From the NCBI GenBank assembly GCA_050486265.1, contig JBJHCY010000005.1, positions 3,375-67,374 of the forward strand: 64,000 nt of DNA, in the 5' to 3' direction. Position 1 is the stretch's first letter, and each line of letters opens with the position of its first letter. This document shows, piece by piece, positions 1-9,758 of the stretch. The notes beneath the pieces were generated by a model. The model made no database searches and was not told the origin of the DNA. It was given only the letters and a program-made list of their open reading frames with translations. The stretch comes from Phycisphaerales bacterium (GTDB taxonomy: Bacteria; Planctomycetota; Phycisphaerae; Phycisphaerales; UBA1924). The translations under genes were made by a program, and so were the position numbers.

Positions 1-1120
1 AGGTACGCGGCGCCGCGACGCGGGTCGGCTCGTGGCCGAAGCCGAGGTCGAGCCGGAGTTGCGGCTCCGCGTTGGCCTCGGGGTACTCAAACCGAAATGC
101 GTCGACTCTCGGACGGTGAAAGTTTTCCAGATGCTCGACCGGAGCTCGCCCCGCGCTATTTCTCCCCGCGCTGCGGCCGCGGCTTCTGAGCAGCACCTTC
201 AGGCGCCCGTCGGCGTGCGACCGGATCACTTCGTGCGACAATGTCCGCCGAGGCTCTGACAGCTCGATCATCGGCGCATCGGAGGCGATCGTTGACAGCA
301 GTTGGGCGAGCGCAGATTCGGGGTCGCACTCGATCAGCACGAGGTGAAGGTCCTCGACTTGGACGCCGCGGGCCTCGACGATCGCGACGACCGTGACCGC
401 TAGGCCGAGGGATTGGTGTTGGAATCGGGCGACGGTGGCGAAGGCCTCGCCGTCGCGGAGGTAGACGGAAGCCGCGCGGATCGGCCGAATCGAAGGCGTT
501 TCGAGCCCGGCGCCTCGCAAGGCGTAGTCAAACTCGTCCTGCGTTGTTTCTGCTCCGTAGATCCGGACTCCCACGAGCGCGTGATTTTTCTCTACAACGC
601 CTGCGTCAACGATCGCGCCCGCTTGGGTGTTCTGCGGCAGTATGCCGTCGTGTGTGCTTGTCCGGGCGAGGCGTGCGGGCCCCTCCGCACTGGTGACGAT
701 GGATCTGCTCCAACTCACATAGCTGCCTTCCCCCGCCCGCTTGCGCGCCTCATCATCATCCTTCCCGGCTCGGGGAGAGTCGGCCCGGAAGGCGTTATAG
801 AACGCGGCAACCAGCGCCTCCATCCGCGAGATGGAGAACGGCTCGCCGCTCTCAGCGGCTCGCATCAGAAACTCGTAGGTTTCATTCGGCTGCGCCGGCT
901 CACCGACGCCCACCAGCATCGTGAGCTTGACCTCGAAGCCTGCTCGCCGTGCGCTCGGCAGGTCTTCGCCGAAGAGCACGAGATCGGCCAACGCTTCGTT
1001 GTGCACCGGCTGATTGGCCTGCACCCACTGCCCGTGAGCCGCGGCCGGCTGCAGGGTGAACACGAGGGCTGCCGCGATCAACACAACGAGTCTGGTTTGT
1101 CCGATCCGAGTTCGCTCCAT
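1..1120 (-). CDS. Hypothetical secreted protein, C-terminus cut by the window edge; tandem paralog of the next gene
   Basis: Hand translation of the minus strand from ATG at 1120: MERTRIGQTRLVVLIAAALVFTLQPAAAHG... (signal-peptide-like), open to position 1, so absent from the ORF track. The C-terminal half aligns by eye with the 1236-2501 protein (ALVGVRIYGA...VQVEDLHLVLIECDPES vs MLVGVRIHGA...VLVEDLHYALVEFDADT). Confidence 0.6.
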   Translation of the reverse strand, partial: MERTRIGQTRLVVLIAAALVFTLQPAAAHGQWVQANQPVHNEALADLVLFGEDLPSARRAGFEVKLTMLVGVGEPAQPNETYEFLMRAAESGEPFSISRMEALVAAFYNAFRADSPRAGKDDDEARKRAGEGSYVSWSRSIVTSAEGPARLARTSTHDGILPQNTQAGAIVDAGVVEKNHALVGVRIYGAETTQDEFDYALRGAGLETPSIRPIRAASVYLRDGEAFATVARFQHQSLGLAVTVVAIVEARGVQVEDLHLVLIECDPESALAQLLSTIASDAPMIELSEPRRTLSHEVIRSHADGRLKVLLRSRGRSAGRNSAGRAPVEHLENFHRPRVDAFRFEYPEANAEPQLRLDLGFGHEPTRVAAPRT

Positions 1121-1235
1121 CGGAGTGCTCCACTTGCGATGGGAGTGATTCTCGCAGTGTAACCAGATCGATTCGGCGTGCAACGCCCGTCCGCGAAACG
1201 GCCGATCCGGGCGGCGGCCCCGAATGCCCGGGCGG

Positions 1236-2501
1236 TCAATCAAGCTCGAACTCGCCGATGTGCAGGCAGAGGATCGCCCTGCGGCGGTCGCCGTCGGACC
1301 CGGTGAGCAGGACGCGGAGATCGCCGGTCGGCGATCCTTGCCATGAGATCCCCCGATCGCTCCGCACCTTCGCTCTGGTGAGTTCCGGGATCTCGACCTG
1401 TTGCGGACCTTCGCCCAGCCCGAGATCGAGTTTGAGCATCGGGTTGTTGCGAGCGCCGCGGCGGACGACTTCGAACGGATTGCGGCTGGTCCGGCCCTGC
1501 GTCCGCAGCGAGTAGCTTTCCCTGTCCGCAGCGCCGAGCCTCGCCCGCCCGCTGGAGATCACGCTGAGCGTTCCATCCCGGCGTGCGTCCATCGCCGCGA
1601 GCATGAGACTGTGTCGGAAGCCGACGCGGCCAGTCATCGGAGCGTCGGTCCGGAATCTCGACAGCATCCTCGCGAAGTCTGTGTCGGCGTCGAACTCGAC
1701 CAGGGCGTAGTGAAGGTCTTCAACAAGCACTCTTTTGCACTCGACGATGACGATCGTCCGGATGGGCAAGCCGTGGAGATCGCTCTGATACTCGCTCATC
1801 ACAACCAGCGCCTGGCCGTCTTCGAGAAAAGCCGCTCGCGATCGAAGGAGCGGGTAGGACGGGGCGTACGGGCGTGGGCCGAGTTCGCGGGAACGCTCAA
1901 GCCGCTCTTCGCTGCTCATGCGTGCGCCGTGGATCCGCACGCCCACGAGCATGTTGTCGTTACGGGTCGGGTGGGCGTGGATGAACTTCTCCGTGTTGTG
2001 ATCGCCCGGGAGCGTGAGCGCCATCGGGCTGCTCGCGCCGTGGTCGCTTGGATCGTCGTTGCTGGTGACGACCCTCTTGCCGCTGAACTGATGCAGGCCG
2101 GACAGAAACTGCCGTCGTTCTTCGCCTTCTTCGTCGGTGATCGTGATTGTTCTGCCGCTGTGGTTCCGGTAGGCGTTCTGCAGGCCGTCGAGCATCGCGG
2201 GGAGAGCCGAAGCCGGGATGGGTTCGGCGTTCTGCGCGGCCTCAATGAGCGCCTCGTATCGATCGTCCTGCCTTTCGGGCTCCCCGATGACAACAACCAT
2301 GCGCCACTCGATGGCGTAGGCGGCGAAATGGGGGCGGAGCGTGCGATCGTTGAAGATCATCCGCTCGGCCGCCCTCGCCGCCGAGAAGCGAGAGCCCTCG
2401 TCCGCGGCCTGAGCGACAGGCGCAAGCAGCCCGAGCGCCCAAAAACAAACCAACGCCGCCGACCCAAACCAGTTCGACCGATGCCTCGATGCGTTGTTCA
2501 T
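1236..2501 (-). CDS. Hypothetical secreted protein (paralog of 1-1120)
   Basis: ORF 1236-2534. Start re-set to MNNASRHRSNWFGSAALVCFWALGLLAPVAQA (signal peptide) at 2501. No recognisable family. Confidence 0.65.
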   Translation of the reverse strand: MNNASRHRSNWFGSAALVCFWALGLLAPVAQAADEGSRFSAARAAERMIFNDRTLRPHFAAYAIEWRMVVVIGEPERQDDRYEALIEAAQNAEPIPASALPAMLDGLQNAYRNHSGRTITITDEEGEERRQFLSGLHQFSGKRVVTSNDDPSDHGASSPMALTLPGDHNTEKFIHAHPTRNDNMLVGVRIHGARMSSEERLERSRELGPRPYAPSYPLLRSRAAFLEDGQALVVMSEYQSDLHGLPIRTIVIVECKRVLVEDLHYALVEFDADTDFARMLSRFRTDAPMTGRVGFRHSLMLAAMDARRDGTLSVISSGRARLGAADRESYSLRTQGRTSRNPFEVVRRGARNNPMLKLDLGLGEGPQQVEIPELTRAKVRSDRGISWQGSPTGDLRVLLTGSDGDRRRAILCLHIGEFELD

Positions 2502-2562
2502 GTTCCTCTCCCTGTACATTCCTATACCAGTCAATCGACGCGGGCTAACACATTCGGCGCAA

Positions 2563-3285
2563 TCAAGGCGCCGGCAGGGCGACCTCTACCATCGCTGCGC
2601 CGTAGCCGTGTTCCTCGGAGTTGAACTCGGTCATCACGATTCTGCGCTCGCCGCGGCGGAGGCTGACGGGTTGGCTAAAAACTTCGCCTCCGGGCCGCAC
2701 TCTGTCGCCGCCGATCTGCTTGCCCAGGTCGATCCGGACTTCGAAGAAAAAGTCGCGATCGATCCGGCCGATGAATGTGACCGTCGCCGTTGCCTGAACG
2801 AACTCGGAGTTGGTCCCGTATGTCGATCGCTCTCTCGAATTGAGCGCGGACACCGGCCCGGTGATTGTGTGCGCTCCGGTGTTGGGGACGCGCCGACCGG
2901 TTCTGATCGCCGCGTTTGCCCGCTCGCAGTCGCGCAGCGCGGGGTCGCGGAGTGCATCGCGGCCCAATCGCAAGATCTGTTCTCTCAAGGGCTCGGGATC
3001 GGGAGCGCCCACGCTCTCCAAGAGCTTCTGTCCGGCTCGCGAGGGCCAGTGCCAGTCGTCGTGAAAGACCGCGACAGTGACACGGCGCTCCGCCCCGAGC
3101 GCATCCTGACTCGGCACGCCCGGCAGCGTGTGGGCGTGGTGCACCGGCAGTTGAGGCGTCGCCTGCTGGATCGCACGCGCACGCCGTTCGATCTGCACGA
3201 CAGAAACCACCAGCCCCGCGATGAACAACACCGCGAGCAGGCTGAGGGCTGTGAGACTCGTTGCTTTGCTCGTGCTCGGTCCCAT
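2563..3285 (-). CDS. Hypothetical membrane-anchored protein
   Basis: ORF 2563-3285 with an N-terminal hydrophobic helix (SLTALSLLAVLFIAGLVVSVV). Coding-like composition, same strand as neighbours, no family recognised. Confidence 0.55.
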   Translation of the reverse strand: MGPSTSKATSLTALSLLAVLFIAGLVVSVVQIERRARAIQQATPQLPVHHAHTLPGVPSQDALGAERRVTVAVFHDDWHWPSRAGQKLLESVGAPDPEPLREQILRLGRDALRDPALRDCERANAAIRTGRRVPNTGAHTITGPVSALNSRERSTYGTNSEFVQATATVTFIGRIDRDFFFEVRIDLGKQIGGDRVRPGGEVFSQPVSLRRGERRIVMTEFNSEEHGYGAAMVEVALPAP

Positions 3286-3434
3286 CGTCCGCTCCTTCCC
3301 TCGCTCGGTTCCTCGCGAGGTCCGCCCCGCGGCTGAGCCCCCTCGACCACTCCACCATACCCGGGCACGACGCCCTGCCGCAACCCTGACGCGGTGATTG
3401 TTCGGTTTTTGCGCGCGCCGATGACGGTTGCGCG

Positions 3435-3460
3435 AAGAAAAAGCCCCGCGATGCGGGGCT
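3435..3460 (-). terminator. Rho-independent terminator after rplQ
   Basis: Minus-strand hairpin AGCCCCGC-AUC-GCGGGGCU followed by UUUUUCUU, 44 nt downstream of the rplQ stop. Confidence 0.6.
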
Positions 3461-3503
3461 TGAGAGGTCGGTGCTCTGGATTTGCGGGCCGGGAAACCGG
3501 CTT

Positions 3504-4208
3504 TCAGCTCTCGGAGGCTTCGGGCTTGTCGCCTTCGGGTGCGTCGGTCTGGGCTGTGGGCGGAGCTTCTGCCGCGGGGGCGGCGGCCTTTGCGGTCCCG
3601 CCGCGCTCCTTGCGGAGCTTGGCGGCGTAGGCGGTGCGCCGGTCGGCCTGGCGTCGGCGGGTGCTGGGGCGGCCGCCGATCTCGGGGCCTTCCTCGGCGC
3701 CGACGAACTGGATCACGCAGGTCGGGGCCTGGTCGCCGAGACGCCGGTAGTCGAGCTTGACGATGCGGGTGTACCCGCCGGCGCGGTCGGCGAAGCGGGG
3801 GGCGACATTGTCGAAGATGTGCTTGACGAGCTTGGGTGACTTGCGGAGCTCGCCGTAGCGGTTGCGCTCGACCTCGTCGCTTGCGGGGACGGGGAAGAAG
3901 GCCTCGGCCCGCTCGCGGAGCTTATCGACGTGCTCGCGCTCCTGGTCGGTGGGCGTCTTGGGGAGGTAGAGCCACTCGAAAGCGCGCCGGTCGCGGCCGA
4001 GCATGGCGATCACCTGGCGGCGGGCGTGGAGGTCGCCGCGCTTGGCCTTGGTGATGATGTGCTCGACGAAGGGCTGGAGGGCCTTGGCCTTGGGGACGGT
4101 GGTGACGATCTGGCCGTGCTCGAAGAGGCTTGCGGCCATGTTGCGCAGCATCGCCTTGCGGTGTGCTGGCGTGCGTCCGAGCTTGTAGCCGGCTTTGCGG
4201 TGTCGCAT
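3504..4208 (-). CDS. rplQ: 50S ribosomal protein L17 (bL17) with a long low-complexity C-terminal tail
   Basis: [37 protein letters not shown]... is the conserved L17 N-terminus. Follows rpoA as in the alpha operon. 234 aa versus the usual ~120-130 aa, with an Ala/Pro/Glu/Lys-rich tail. Confidence 0.9.
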   Translation of the reverse strand: MRHRKAGYKLGRTPAHRKAMLRNMAASLFEHGQIVTTVPKAKALQPFVEHIITKAKRGDLHARRQVIAMLGRDRRAFEWLYLPKTPTDQEREHVDKLRERAEAFFPVPASDEVERNRYGELRKSPKLVKHIFDNVAPRFADRAGGYTRIVKLDYRRLGDQAPTCVIQFVGAEEGPEIGGRPSTRRRQADRRTAYAAKLRKERGGTAKAAAPAAEAPPTAQTDAPEGDKPEASES

Positions 4209-4268
4209 CGGCGGTTTCCTTCACTTCCATGCCCGAGCGCTTGCGCCGGGCGGTTGCTCACGCGGGGT

Positions 4269-5282
4269 TCAGGCCCCGCTCCTGCCGGCGGGGGAAAACC
4301 CCTCAGGCAGATCCATCCCCAGGTCCAGTTCGATATCCAGCAGCTTGCGCTTGACCTCTCGGAGGGAGGTGCGTCCGAACGAGCGGAGCTTGAGCAGCTC
4401 GGGCTCGGACTGCTGGACGAGATCGCCGACGGTCTCGATGCGGGCCGATTCGAGGCAGTTGCTGGCGCGGACCGAGAGGTCCAGCTCGGAGATCGGCATG
4501 TTCAGCTTGCGGATGAGCTCTTCGTCGACGCCGGCGGCCGCGGCGGCCTCCTCGCTGACGCGCTCCTCGCCCAGCTCGTAGTACTGGACGAAGGGGTTGA
4601 GGTGCTTGCGGAGGATCTTGGCTGCCTCGACGAGCGCGAGCTCCGGGGCGAGGGTGCCGTTGGTCCAGATCTCGAGCTTGAGCTTGTCGTAGTTGGTCTT
4701 CTGCCCGACGCGGGTGTCTTCGACGCTGTAACGGACGCGCTGGACGGGGGAGTAGATGGCGTCGATGGGGATCTCGCCGATCTCCTGCTCCTCCTTGGAG
4801 ACCATGTGCTCGGATGCGGGGACATAGCCCCTGCCCTTCTGCACGGTGAACTCCATCTCGAAGTCGACCTCGTCGGTCAGGGTGCAGATGACCAGGTCCT
4901 TGTCCATGATGGTGATCGAGGGGTCGGCCTCGATCAGGTCGGCGGTGACCTCGCCGGGCCCTTGGGCGGCCAGGCGCATGGTCTTGGGCTCGTCGCCCTC
5001 CATCTTGACGACGAGGTTCTTCACATTGAGGACGATGTCGGTCATGTCCTCGAGCACGCCCGGGAGGGAGGTGAACTCGTGGGTCGCGCCGGTGATCTTG
5101 ATGCTGGTGACGGCGGCGCCTTCGAGGCTGGAGAGCAGCACGCGCCGGAGGCTGTTGCCGACGGTGGTGCCGAAGCCGCGCTCGAACGGCTCGACGGTGA
5201 ACCGGCCGAAGTTCGGCCCGGTGTGCTTCTGGTCTGCGACGACACGCGTGGGGAGTTCAAGCCCGCGCCAACGAACCCTCAT
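4269..5282 (-). CDS. rpoA: DNA-directed RNA polymerase alpha subunit
   Basis: EPFERGFGTTVGNSLRRVLLSSLEGAAVTSIKI... N-terminal domain and a C-terminal domain (ELDLSVRASNCLESARIETVGDL). Start re-set to MRVRWRGLEL at 5282, preceded by GGAAGTAGAGG. Confidence 0.95.
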   Translation of the reverse strand: MRVRWRGLELPTRVVADQKHTGPNFGRFTVEPFERGFGTTVGNSLRRVLLSSLEGAAVTSIKITGATHEFTSLPGVLEDMTDIVLNVKNLVVKMEGDEPKTMRLAAQGPGEVTADLIEADPSITIMDKDLVICTLTDEVDFEMEFTVQKGRGYVPASEHMVSKEEQEIGEIPIDAIYSPVQRVRYSVEDTRVGQKTNYDKLKLEIWTNGTLAPELALVEAAKILRKHLNPFVQYYELGEERVSEEAAAAAGVDEELIRKLNMPISELDLSVRASNCLESARIETVGDLVQQSEPELLKLRSFGRTSLREVKRKLLDIELDLGMDLPEGFSPAGRSGA

Positions 5283-5457
5283 GGCAACCTCTACTTCCCG
5301 GCGGACCGTGGACAATGTCACGGAATCTGTGGGGAGCTCCGGCTCTCGGCCCCGATCGCCCGCCGGCGTCGGTCGCGGCCTTCTTCCCGGGCTCCCGCTC
5401 TTTACAACAAACGACCCGGCGGGGCTTTCGCGCCGCCGGGTGGAACATGATCCTGAG

Positions 5458-5835
5458 TTACACGCGCCGCTTCTTGCGGGGGCGGCAGCCGTTGTGAGGC
5501 ACCGGCGTGTGGTCTTCGATCGCGGTGACGCGCAGACCGGTCGAGGCCAGACCGGTCACTGCTGACTCACGCCCGGCGCCTGTGCCCTTGACGCGGACCT
5601 CGATCTCCTGCATGCCGACCTTGCGGGCCTTCTGGCCCACCTGCTCGGCGGCGCGGGTGGCCGCGAAGGGCGTCGCCTTGCGGGCGCCCTTGAACCCGAT
5701 GGTGCCCGCCGAATCCCAGGCGAGGGTCTCGCCGTTGGTGTCGGTGATGGTGACCATGGTGTTGTTCTGGGTCGCCTTGATGTGGGCGATCCCTCGGACG
5801 ACATTCTTGCGGACTTTTTTCTGCTTCTTGGCCAT
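5458..5835 (-). CDS. rpsK: 30S ribosomal protein S11
   Basis: [59 protein letters not shown]; start re-set to MAKKQ at 5835. Confidence 0.95.
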   Translation of the reverse strand: MAKKQKKVRKNVVRGIAHIKATQNNTMVTITDTNGETLAWDSAGTIGFKGARKATPFAATRAAEQVGQKARKVGMQEIEVRVKGTGAGRESAVTGLASTGLRVTAIEDHTPVPHNGCRPRKKRRV

Positions 5836-5910
5836 GTGTTCTCTCGCTGGTGACGGCTCCACACTCCCGCAAGCGGGCTGGAGCCTCGCGGAGGGCGATC
5901 AGCCCGTGGA

Positions 5911-6288
5911 TCAGCCCTTGATGCCCTTCTTGCCGGCGACGGTCTTCTTGCGTCCCTTGCGGGTGCGTGCGTTGCAGCGGGTGCGCTGGCCCCTGACGGG
6001 CAGCCCCCTGCGGTGGCGATCGCCGCGATAGGAGCGGATGTCCTTCAGGCGCTGGACATTCTGGCCGACCTGACGCCGCAGGGCGCCCTCGACGATGTAG
6101 CCCGAATCGATGATCGAGTTGATGTTGGCGATGTCCTGCTCGGTGAGCTGGTTCGCCCGCGTCTCGGGGTTGATCGACGCCTCTGTCAGGATGTCCGCGG
6201 CGTACTTCGGTCCGACGCCGTGGATGTACTGCAGCGCGAAGTAGATCTTCTTCTTGTCGGGAACATCGATACCTGCGATTCGGGGCAC
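5911..6288 (-). CDS. rpsM: 30S ribosomal protein S13
   Basis: (V)PRIAGIDVPDKKKIYFALQYIHGVGPKYAADIL matches the S13 N-terminus. A GTG at 6288 with GAGGAG upstream is preferred over the track start at 6297. Confidence 0.92.
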   Translation of the reverse strand: MPRIAGIDVPDKKKIYFALQYIHGVGPKYAADILTEASINPETRANQLTEQDIANINSIIDSGYIVEGALRRQVGQNVQRLKDIRSYRGDRHRRGLPVRGQRTRCNARTRKGRKKTVAGKKGIKG

Positions 6289-6330
6289 GCCGAACACTCC
6301 TCGCCGCTCGGTGCGGCGTTTAGATCAATC

Positions 6331-6447
6331 TCAGCCCTGGACCTGCTTGTGCTTGGGGTCCGCCTTGCAGATCACGCGGACCTTGCCGCCTCGCCGGATG
6401 ATCTGGCACTGGTTGCAGATGCGCTTGACGCTCGATCTGACTTTCAT
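6331..6447 (-). CDS. rpmJ: 50S ribosomal protein L36 (38 aa, below the ORF-track cutoff)
   Basis: Hand translation: [38 protein letters not shown], with GGAGGTGG upstream. Canonical position before rpsM. C-x2-C...C...H zinc-type pattern. Confidence 0.9.
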   Translation of the reverse strand: MKVRSSVKRICNQCQIIRRGGKVRVICKADPKHKQVQG

Positions 6448-6689
6448 CGCACCACCTCCCCGGGCATGCCCCGGCGAGCGAAGGGTCGGCGCCGCCCCGA
6501 CCCTCGAAGCGGCGCAATACAGCTACACCCCCGGCCGAAAACCGGGGCGAGGAGTCTAGGCAGGCCCCCGGGAGCAGTCATCTCGGATCCGCCCGGCCGG
6601 GGCCGCATTCTCCCCGAAAATCGTGATCCGGCCCGGGAAACGCCCCCGGAATCAGGACGGCCTGGGACTCGAAGGGCCGTCGGGGGTGG

Positions 6690-7481
6690 TCATTGGCCAG
6701 GAGGCCCGAGCACCCGGCAGCCTTCGGAGGTGACGGCGAGCATCCGTTCTTCGTGGCAGGCGGGGGCGCCGTCGGCCGTCACCACCGTCCAGCCATCGTC
6801 AAGCGTCCGGACCCGGGGGTCGCCCAGGGCGAAAGTCGGCTCGACGCTGATGACCATGCCCGGCCAGAGGGCCAGGTCCTCTTCGGTGCCCATCAGATCG
6901 CCCCCGGTGAGACTCATCAGGGGCAGGCGGGGCGGCTCGTGGAGCGAACGGCCGATCCCGTGACCGATGTAGCCCGGCACGACGCTCAGCCCCGCGCGGG
7001 AGGCGACCTCGCGCATCGCCCGGGCGACGGCCGACCAACGCACGCCCGGGCGGACAAACTCGGAGGCGAGTTCCGCAGCCCGTGAGACGGAGTGGGCGAG
7101 CCGGGCGGTCTCGACGGCGCACACTCCCACCATGACCGAGGCGGCCATGTCCGCGCACCATCCATTGATTGCCAGCCCGATGTCGATGGTGACCAGGTCG
7201 CCCTCGCGGATGGGTCTGGTGGAGGGCACGCCGTGGACGACCTGCTCGTTGACACAGACGCACGAAACGCCGGGGTAGGGCGGGGCCCCTTCGCGGGTGA
7301 CCTTGCTGAAGAGAGGCTGCGCCCCGGCGTCGGCGATCAGCCGGGCGGCGAGGGCGTCGAGCTGAAGCCCGGTCGCGCCGGGGACGCAAGCGGCGCGGAC
7401 CTCTGCGAGGATCTCGCCGAGGGCGTGTGCGGCGGCGCTGATGGCGTCGACCTCGCGGGGTGAGCGGATGGGGATCGCCAC
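6690..7481 (-). CDS. map: Type I methionine aminopeptidase
   Basis: 263 aa, with IGHGIGRSLHEPP and VISVEP motifs and metal-ligand context (DIGLAINGWCADMA). Directly after secY. Confidence 0.92.
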   Translation of the reverse strand: MAIPIRSPREVDAISAAAHALGEILAEVRAACVPGATGLQLDALAARLIADAGAQPLFSKVTREGAPPYPGVSCVCVNEQVVHGVPSTRPIREGDLVTIDIGLAINGWCADMAASVMVGVCAVETARLAHSVSRAAELASEFVRPGVRWSAVARAMREVASRAGLSVVPGYIGHGIGRSLHEPPRLPLMSLTGGDLMGTEEDLALWPGMVISVEPTFALGDPRVRTLDDGWTVVTADGAPACHEERMLAVTSEGCRVLGPPGQ

Positions 7482-7509
7482 CTGGCCCCTGGTGCGTGGG
7501 TAGTGCGTT

Positions 7510-8925
7510 TCAGCCGCGCGGGCCGCGGATGCGCTTGGCCTTGCCGTCGTCCTGGCCTCCGAGGAAGCCGGCGTAGTTGCGCATCATGAGGTTGGCCTCG
7601 ACGCGCTGGAGGAAGTCGAGACTGACAGCGACGACAATGAGCAGACCGGTCCCCCCGAGGAACTGCGCCACCCTGAAGTCGATGTTGAGACTCCGGTTGA
7701 CGATCATCGGGAGGACGGCGATGACTGCCAGAGCGGCGGCGCCCACGAAGGTGATTCGCTCCATGACCGTTTCGAGGTACTCGGCGGTTCTGGGGCCCGG
7801 GCGGAGGCCGGGGATGAACGAGCCGTGGTCGCGGAGCTGCTTGGACATCTCCTCGGGATTGAACTGCACGGTGATCCAGAAGTAGCTGAAGAAGTAGACG
7901 AGCACGATGTAGAACATCACATACATGAACTCGCCCATCTGGAAGTTGTCGCTCATCCATTGGGTGAGAATGGGCCAGAAGCCCCCGGTCCCGATGCGCT
8001 GCACATTCTCGTTGATGGCGCTGAAGATGACCGAGGGGAAGAGCATCAGGCTGGAGGCGAAGATGATGGGCATCACGCCGCCGTGGTTGACGCGGAGGGG
8101 GAGGTAGCTGCGCTGGCCGCCGACGACCTTGCGTCCGCGGGTGTGCTTGGCCTGCTGGACGGGGATGCGTCGCTGGGCGACGGTGATGAGGACCGCCCCG
8201 CCGCAGACGAGGACGAAGCCGCCCAGGAGCAGGATGAGGGACATGAAGTCGAGCTTGCCGTCGACGCCGGGCTCGAAGTTCTGGATGACCCAGCCGATGG
8301 CTGTGGGCATCTCGGCGAGGATGCCTGCCATGATGATCATCGAGGCGCCGTTGCCGATGCCGAAGCGGTCGATCTGCTCGCCGATCCACATGAGGAAGAC
8401 GGTGCCGGCGGTCATGGCTGTGACGCCCATGAGGTACCAGACGGTGTTGCCTCGCCACTGGGCCTCGACGAGGCCGGCCTGGTTGATGTAGCTGAGCCAC
8501 ATGATCGCCTGGATGACGCAGAGGCCGACGGTGAGGCGCCGGGTCCAGTCCTGGATCTTGGCCTGGCCGGTCGGGCCTTCTTCGCGCAGCTTTTTGATCG
8601 TCTGCGAGACGCTGCCGACGAGCTGCATGATGATTGCGGCGGTGATGTAGGGCATGATGCCCAGGCCGAAGATGGTGCTCTGGCCGAAACTCCCCCCCGA
8701 GAAGACGGCGACATAGGAGGCGACGCGCCCGAAGGCGGTCTCGCCCGCGTCCTGGAAGTGGTCGATGAGCATCATCTGGTCCACGCCCGGGAGGGGGATC
8801 CAGAAGCCGATGCGATAGACCGCGAGCATCGCGAGCGTAAAGAGGATCTTGGTCCTCAGCTCGGGGACCTTGAAGACATTGACGACCGAGGCAAGGCCGA
8901 GGAAGTTCAGGACAGGCTGGAGCAT
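7510..8925 (-). CDS. secY: Preprotein translocase subunit SecY
   Basis: 471 aa polytopic protein with SecY signatures (SIFGLGIMPYITAAIIMQL, GGTGLLIVV). Position after rplO. Confidence 0.95.
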   Translation of the reverse strand: MLQPVLNFLGLASVVNVFKVPELRTKILFTLAMLAVYRIGFWIPLPGVDQMMLIDHFQDAGETAFGRVASYVAVFSGGSFGQSTIFGLGIMPYITAAIIMQLVGSVSQTIKKLREEGPTGQAKIQDWTRRLTVGLCVIQAIMWLSYINQAGLVEAQWRGNTVWYLMGVTAMTAGTVFLMWIGEQIDRFGIGNGASMIIMAGILAEMPTAIGWVIQNFEPGVDGKLDFMSLILLLGGFVLVCGGAVLITVAQRRIPVQQAKHTRGRKVVGGQRSYLPLRVNHGGVMPIIFASSLMLFPSVIFSAINENVQRIGTGGFWPILTQWMSDNFQMGEFMYVMFYIVLVYFFSYFWITVQFNPEEMSKQLRDHGSFIPGLRPGPRTAEYLETVMERITFVGAAALAVIAVLPMIVNRSLNIDFRVAQFLGGTGLLIVVAVSLDFLQRVEANLMMRNYAGFLGGQDDGKAKRIRGPRG

Positions 8926-9066
8926 TCCGGCTCGCTCTTTGAGGGGTCCGGCGGGTTGTTCGGCCCGCCCGGGTGATTGAGCCCGAGCATAGGCCGCACG
9001 ACCGGGCCCGGACCGTGCAGATCATCCGTGTTTGGCGGGGCGTCCGACAGGCGGGCGCCGGTCCGA

Positions 9067-9687
9067 TTAGCCCTTCTTCTTGGGCGCTTCGCCCTTGGCG
9101 AAGGCGGCCTTGTTGGCCTCGCTCTGGCGGAGGCGCTTGAGCTTCTTGGTGAGGTTCTTGGGGGTGTGGTCGTCGCTGTTGCGGTCGACGCCGCGGACGC
9201 GGTCGCGCCGGGTGCCGAGCTCGTTGACTTTGCCGCCCGATTCAAGGATCTTTGCGCGGGCGCCGGCGGTGACGCGGCTGACCTCGACATCAAGGGCGAC
9301 GGCGAGCTTGGCGTCGGCTGCGTCGGCCTTGAGGTCGCCGAGGATCTTGACATCGCGGCTGTCGTCGCGGACCAGACCGGCCTTGATCAGCGTGTCGGCG
9401 TCGACCCGGCCTCCCTTGGCGAAGTCGGGGTGCTTGACGATGTCGCCGAGATTGACCGCCCAGAACAGCGTGCGGAACTGGGTGTTGGTGAAGCCGAACT
9501 TGGGCATACGCCTGAAGAACGGCATCTGGCCGCCCTCGAACGCGTAGCGGCGGCTGTTGCCGGTGCGGCTTCCGGCGCCCTTGAAGCCGCGGGTCGAGGT
9601 CTTGCCCCGGCCCGAGCCGGGCCCGCGCCCGACGCGCTTGCGCTTCTTGTTCTTGCCGGCGATCTCGGTGATCTCGTGGATCATCAT
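9067..9687 (-). CDS. rplO: 50S ribosomal protein L15 with C-terminal extension
   Basis: MMIHEITEIAGKNKKRKRVGRGPGSGRGKTSTRGFKGAGSR... Start re-set to codon 100 of ORF 9067-9984 (ATG at 9687). About 206 aa versus ~145 typical. Confidence 0.9.
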   Translation of the reverse strand: MMIHEITEIAGKNKKRKRVGRGPGSGRGKTSTRGFKGAGSRTGNSRRYAFEGGQMPFFRRMPKFGFTNTQFRTLFWAVNLGDIVKHPDFAKGGRVDADTLIKAGLVRDDSRDVKILGDLKADAADAKLAVALDVEVSRVTAGARAKILESGGKVNELGTRRDRVRGVDRNSDDHTPKNLTKKLKRLRQSEANKAAFAKGEAPKKKG

Positions 9688-9758
9688 GGCCGAAGCCCTC
9701 TGGCCTCTCTTGGGCCCGTTTGTCCGACGCGGGCTTGCAGGCCCGTCGTCGGCGATGG

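Noticed and set aside
3930-5450. Long ORFs antisense to or out of frame with recognised genes. Examples: 3930-5450, 11741-13564, 16070-17287, 20393-22375, 27959-30532, 30508-31692, 34748-36118, 38958-40733, 46212-48215, 56114-58021 and 413-1162.
   Set aside because: Stop-codon-poor reading frames are expected in very GC-rich DNA. Their translations are Arg/Gly/Pro/Ala-rich with no family motifs, and each overlaps a gene with unmistakable conserved motifs on the other strand or frame.
6448-6689. Expected infA (IF1) between map and rpmJ.
   Set aside because: The minus-strand translation of the 242-nt gap gives nothing resembling IF1 (no ...GTV...FRVELENGH...-type sequence). The region looks like structured leader.
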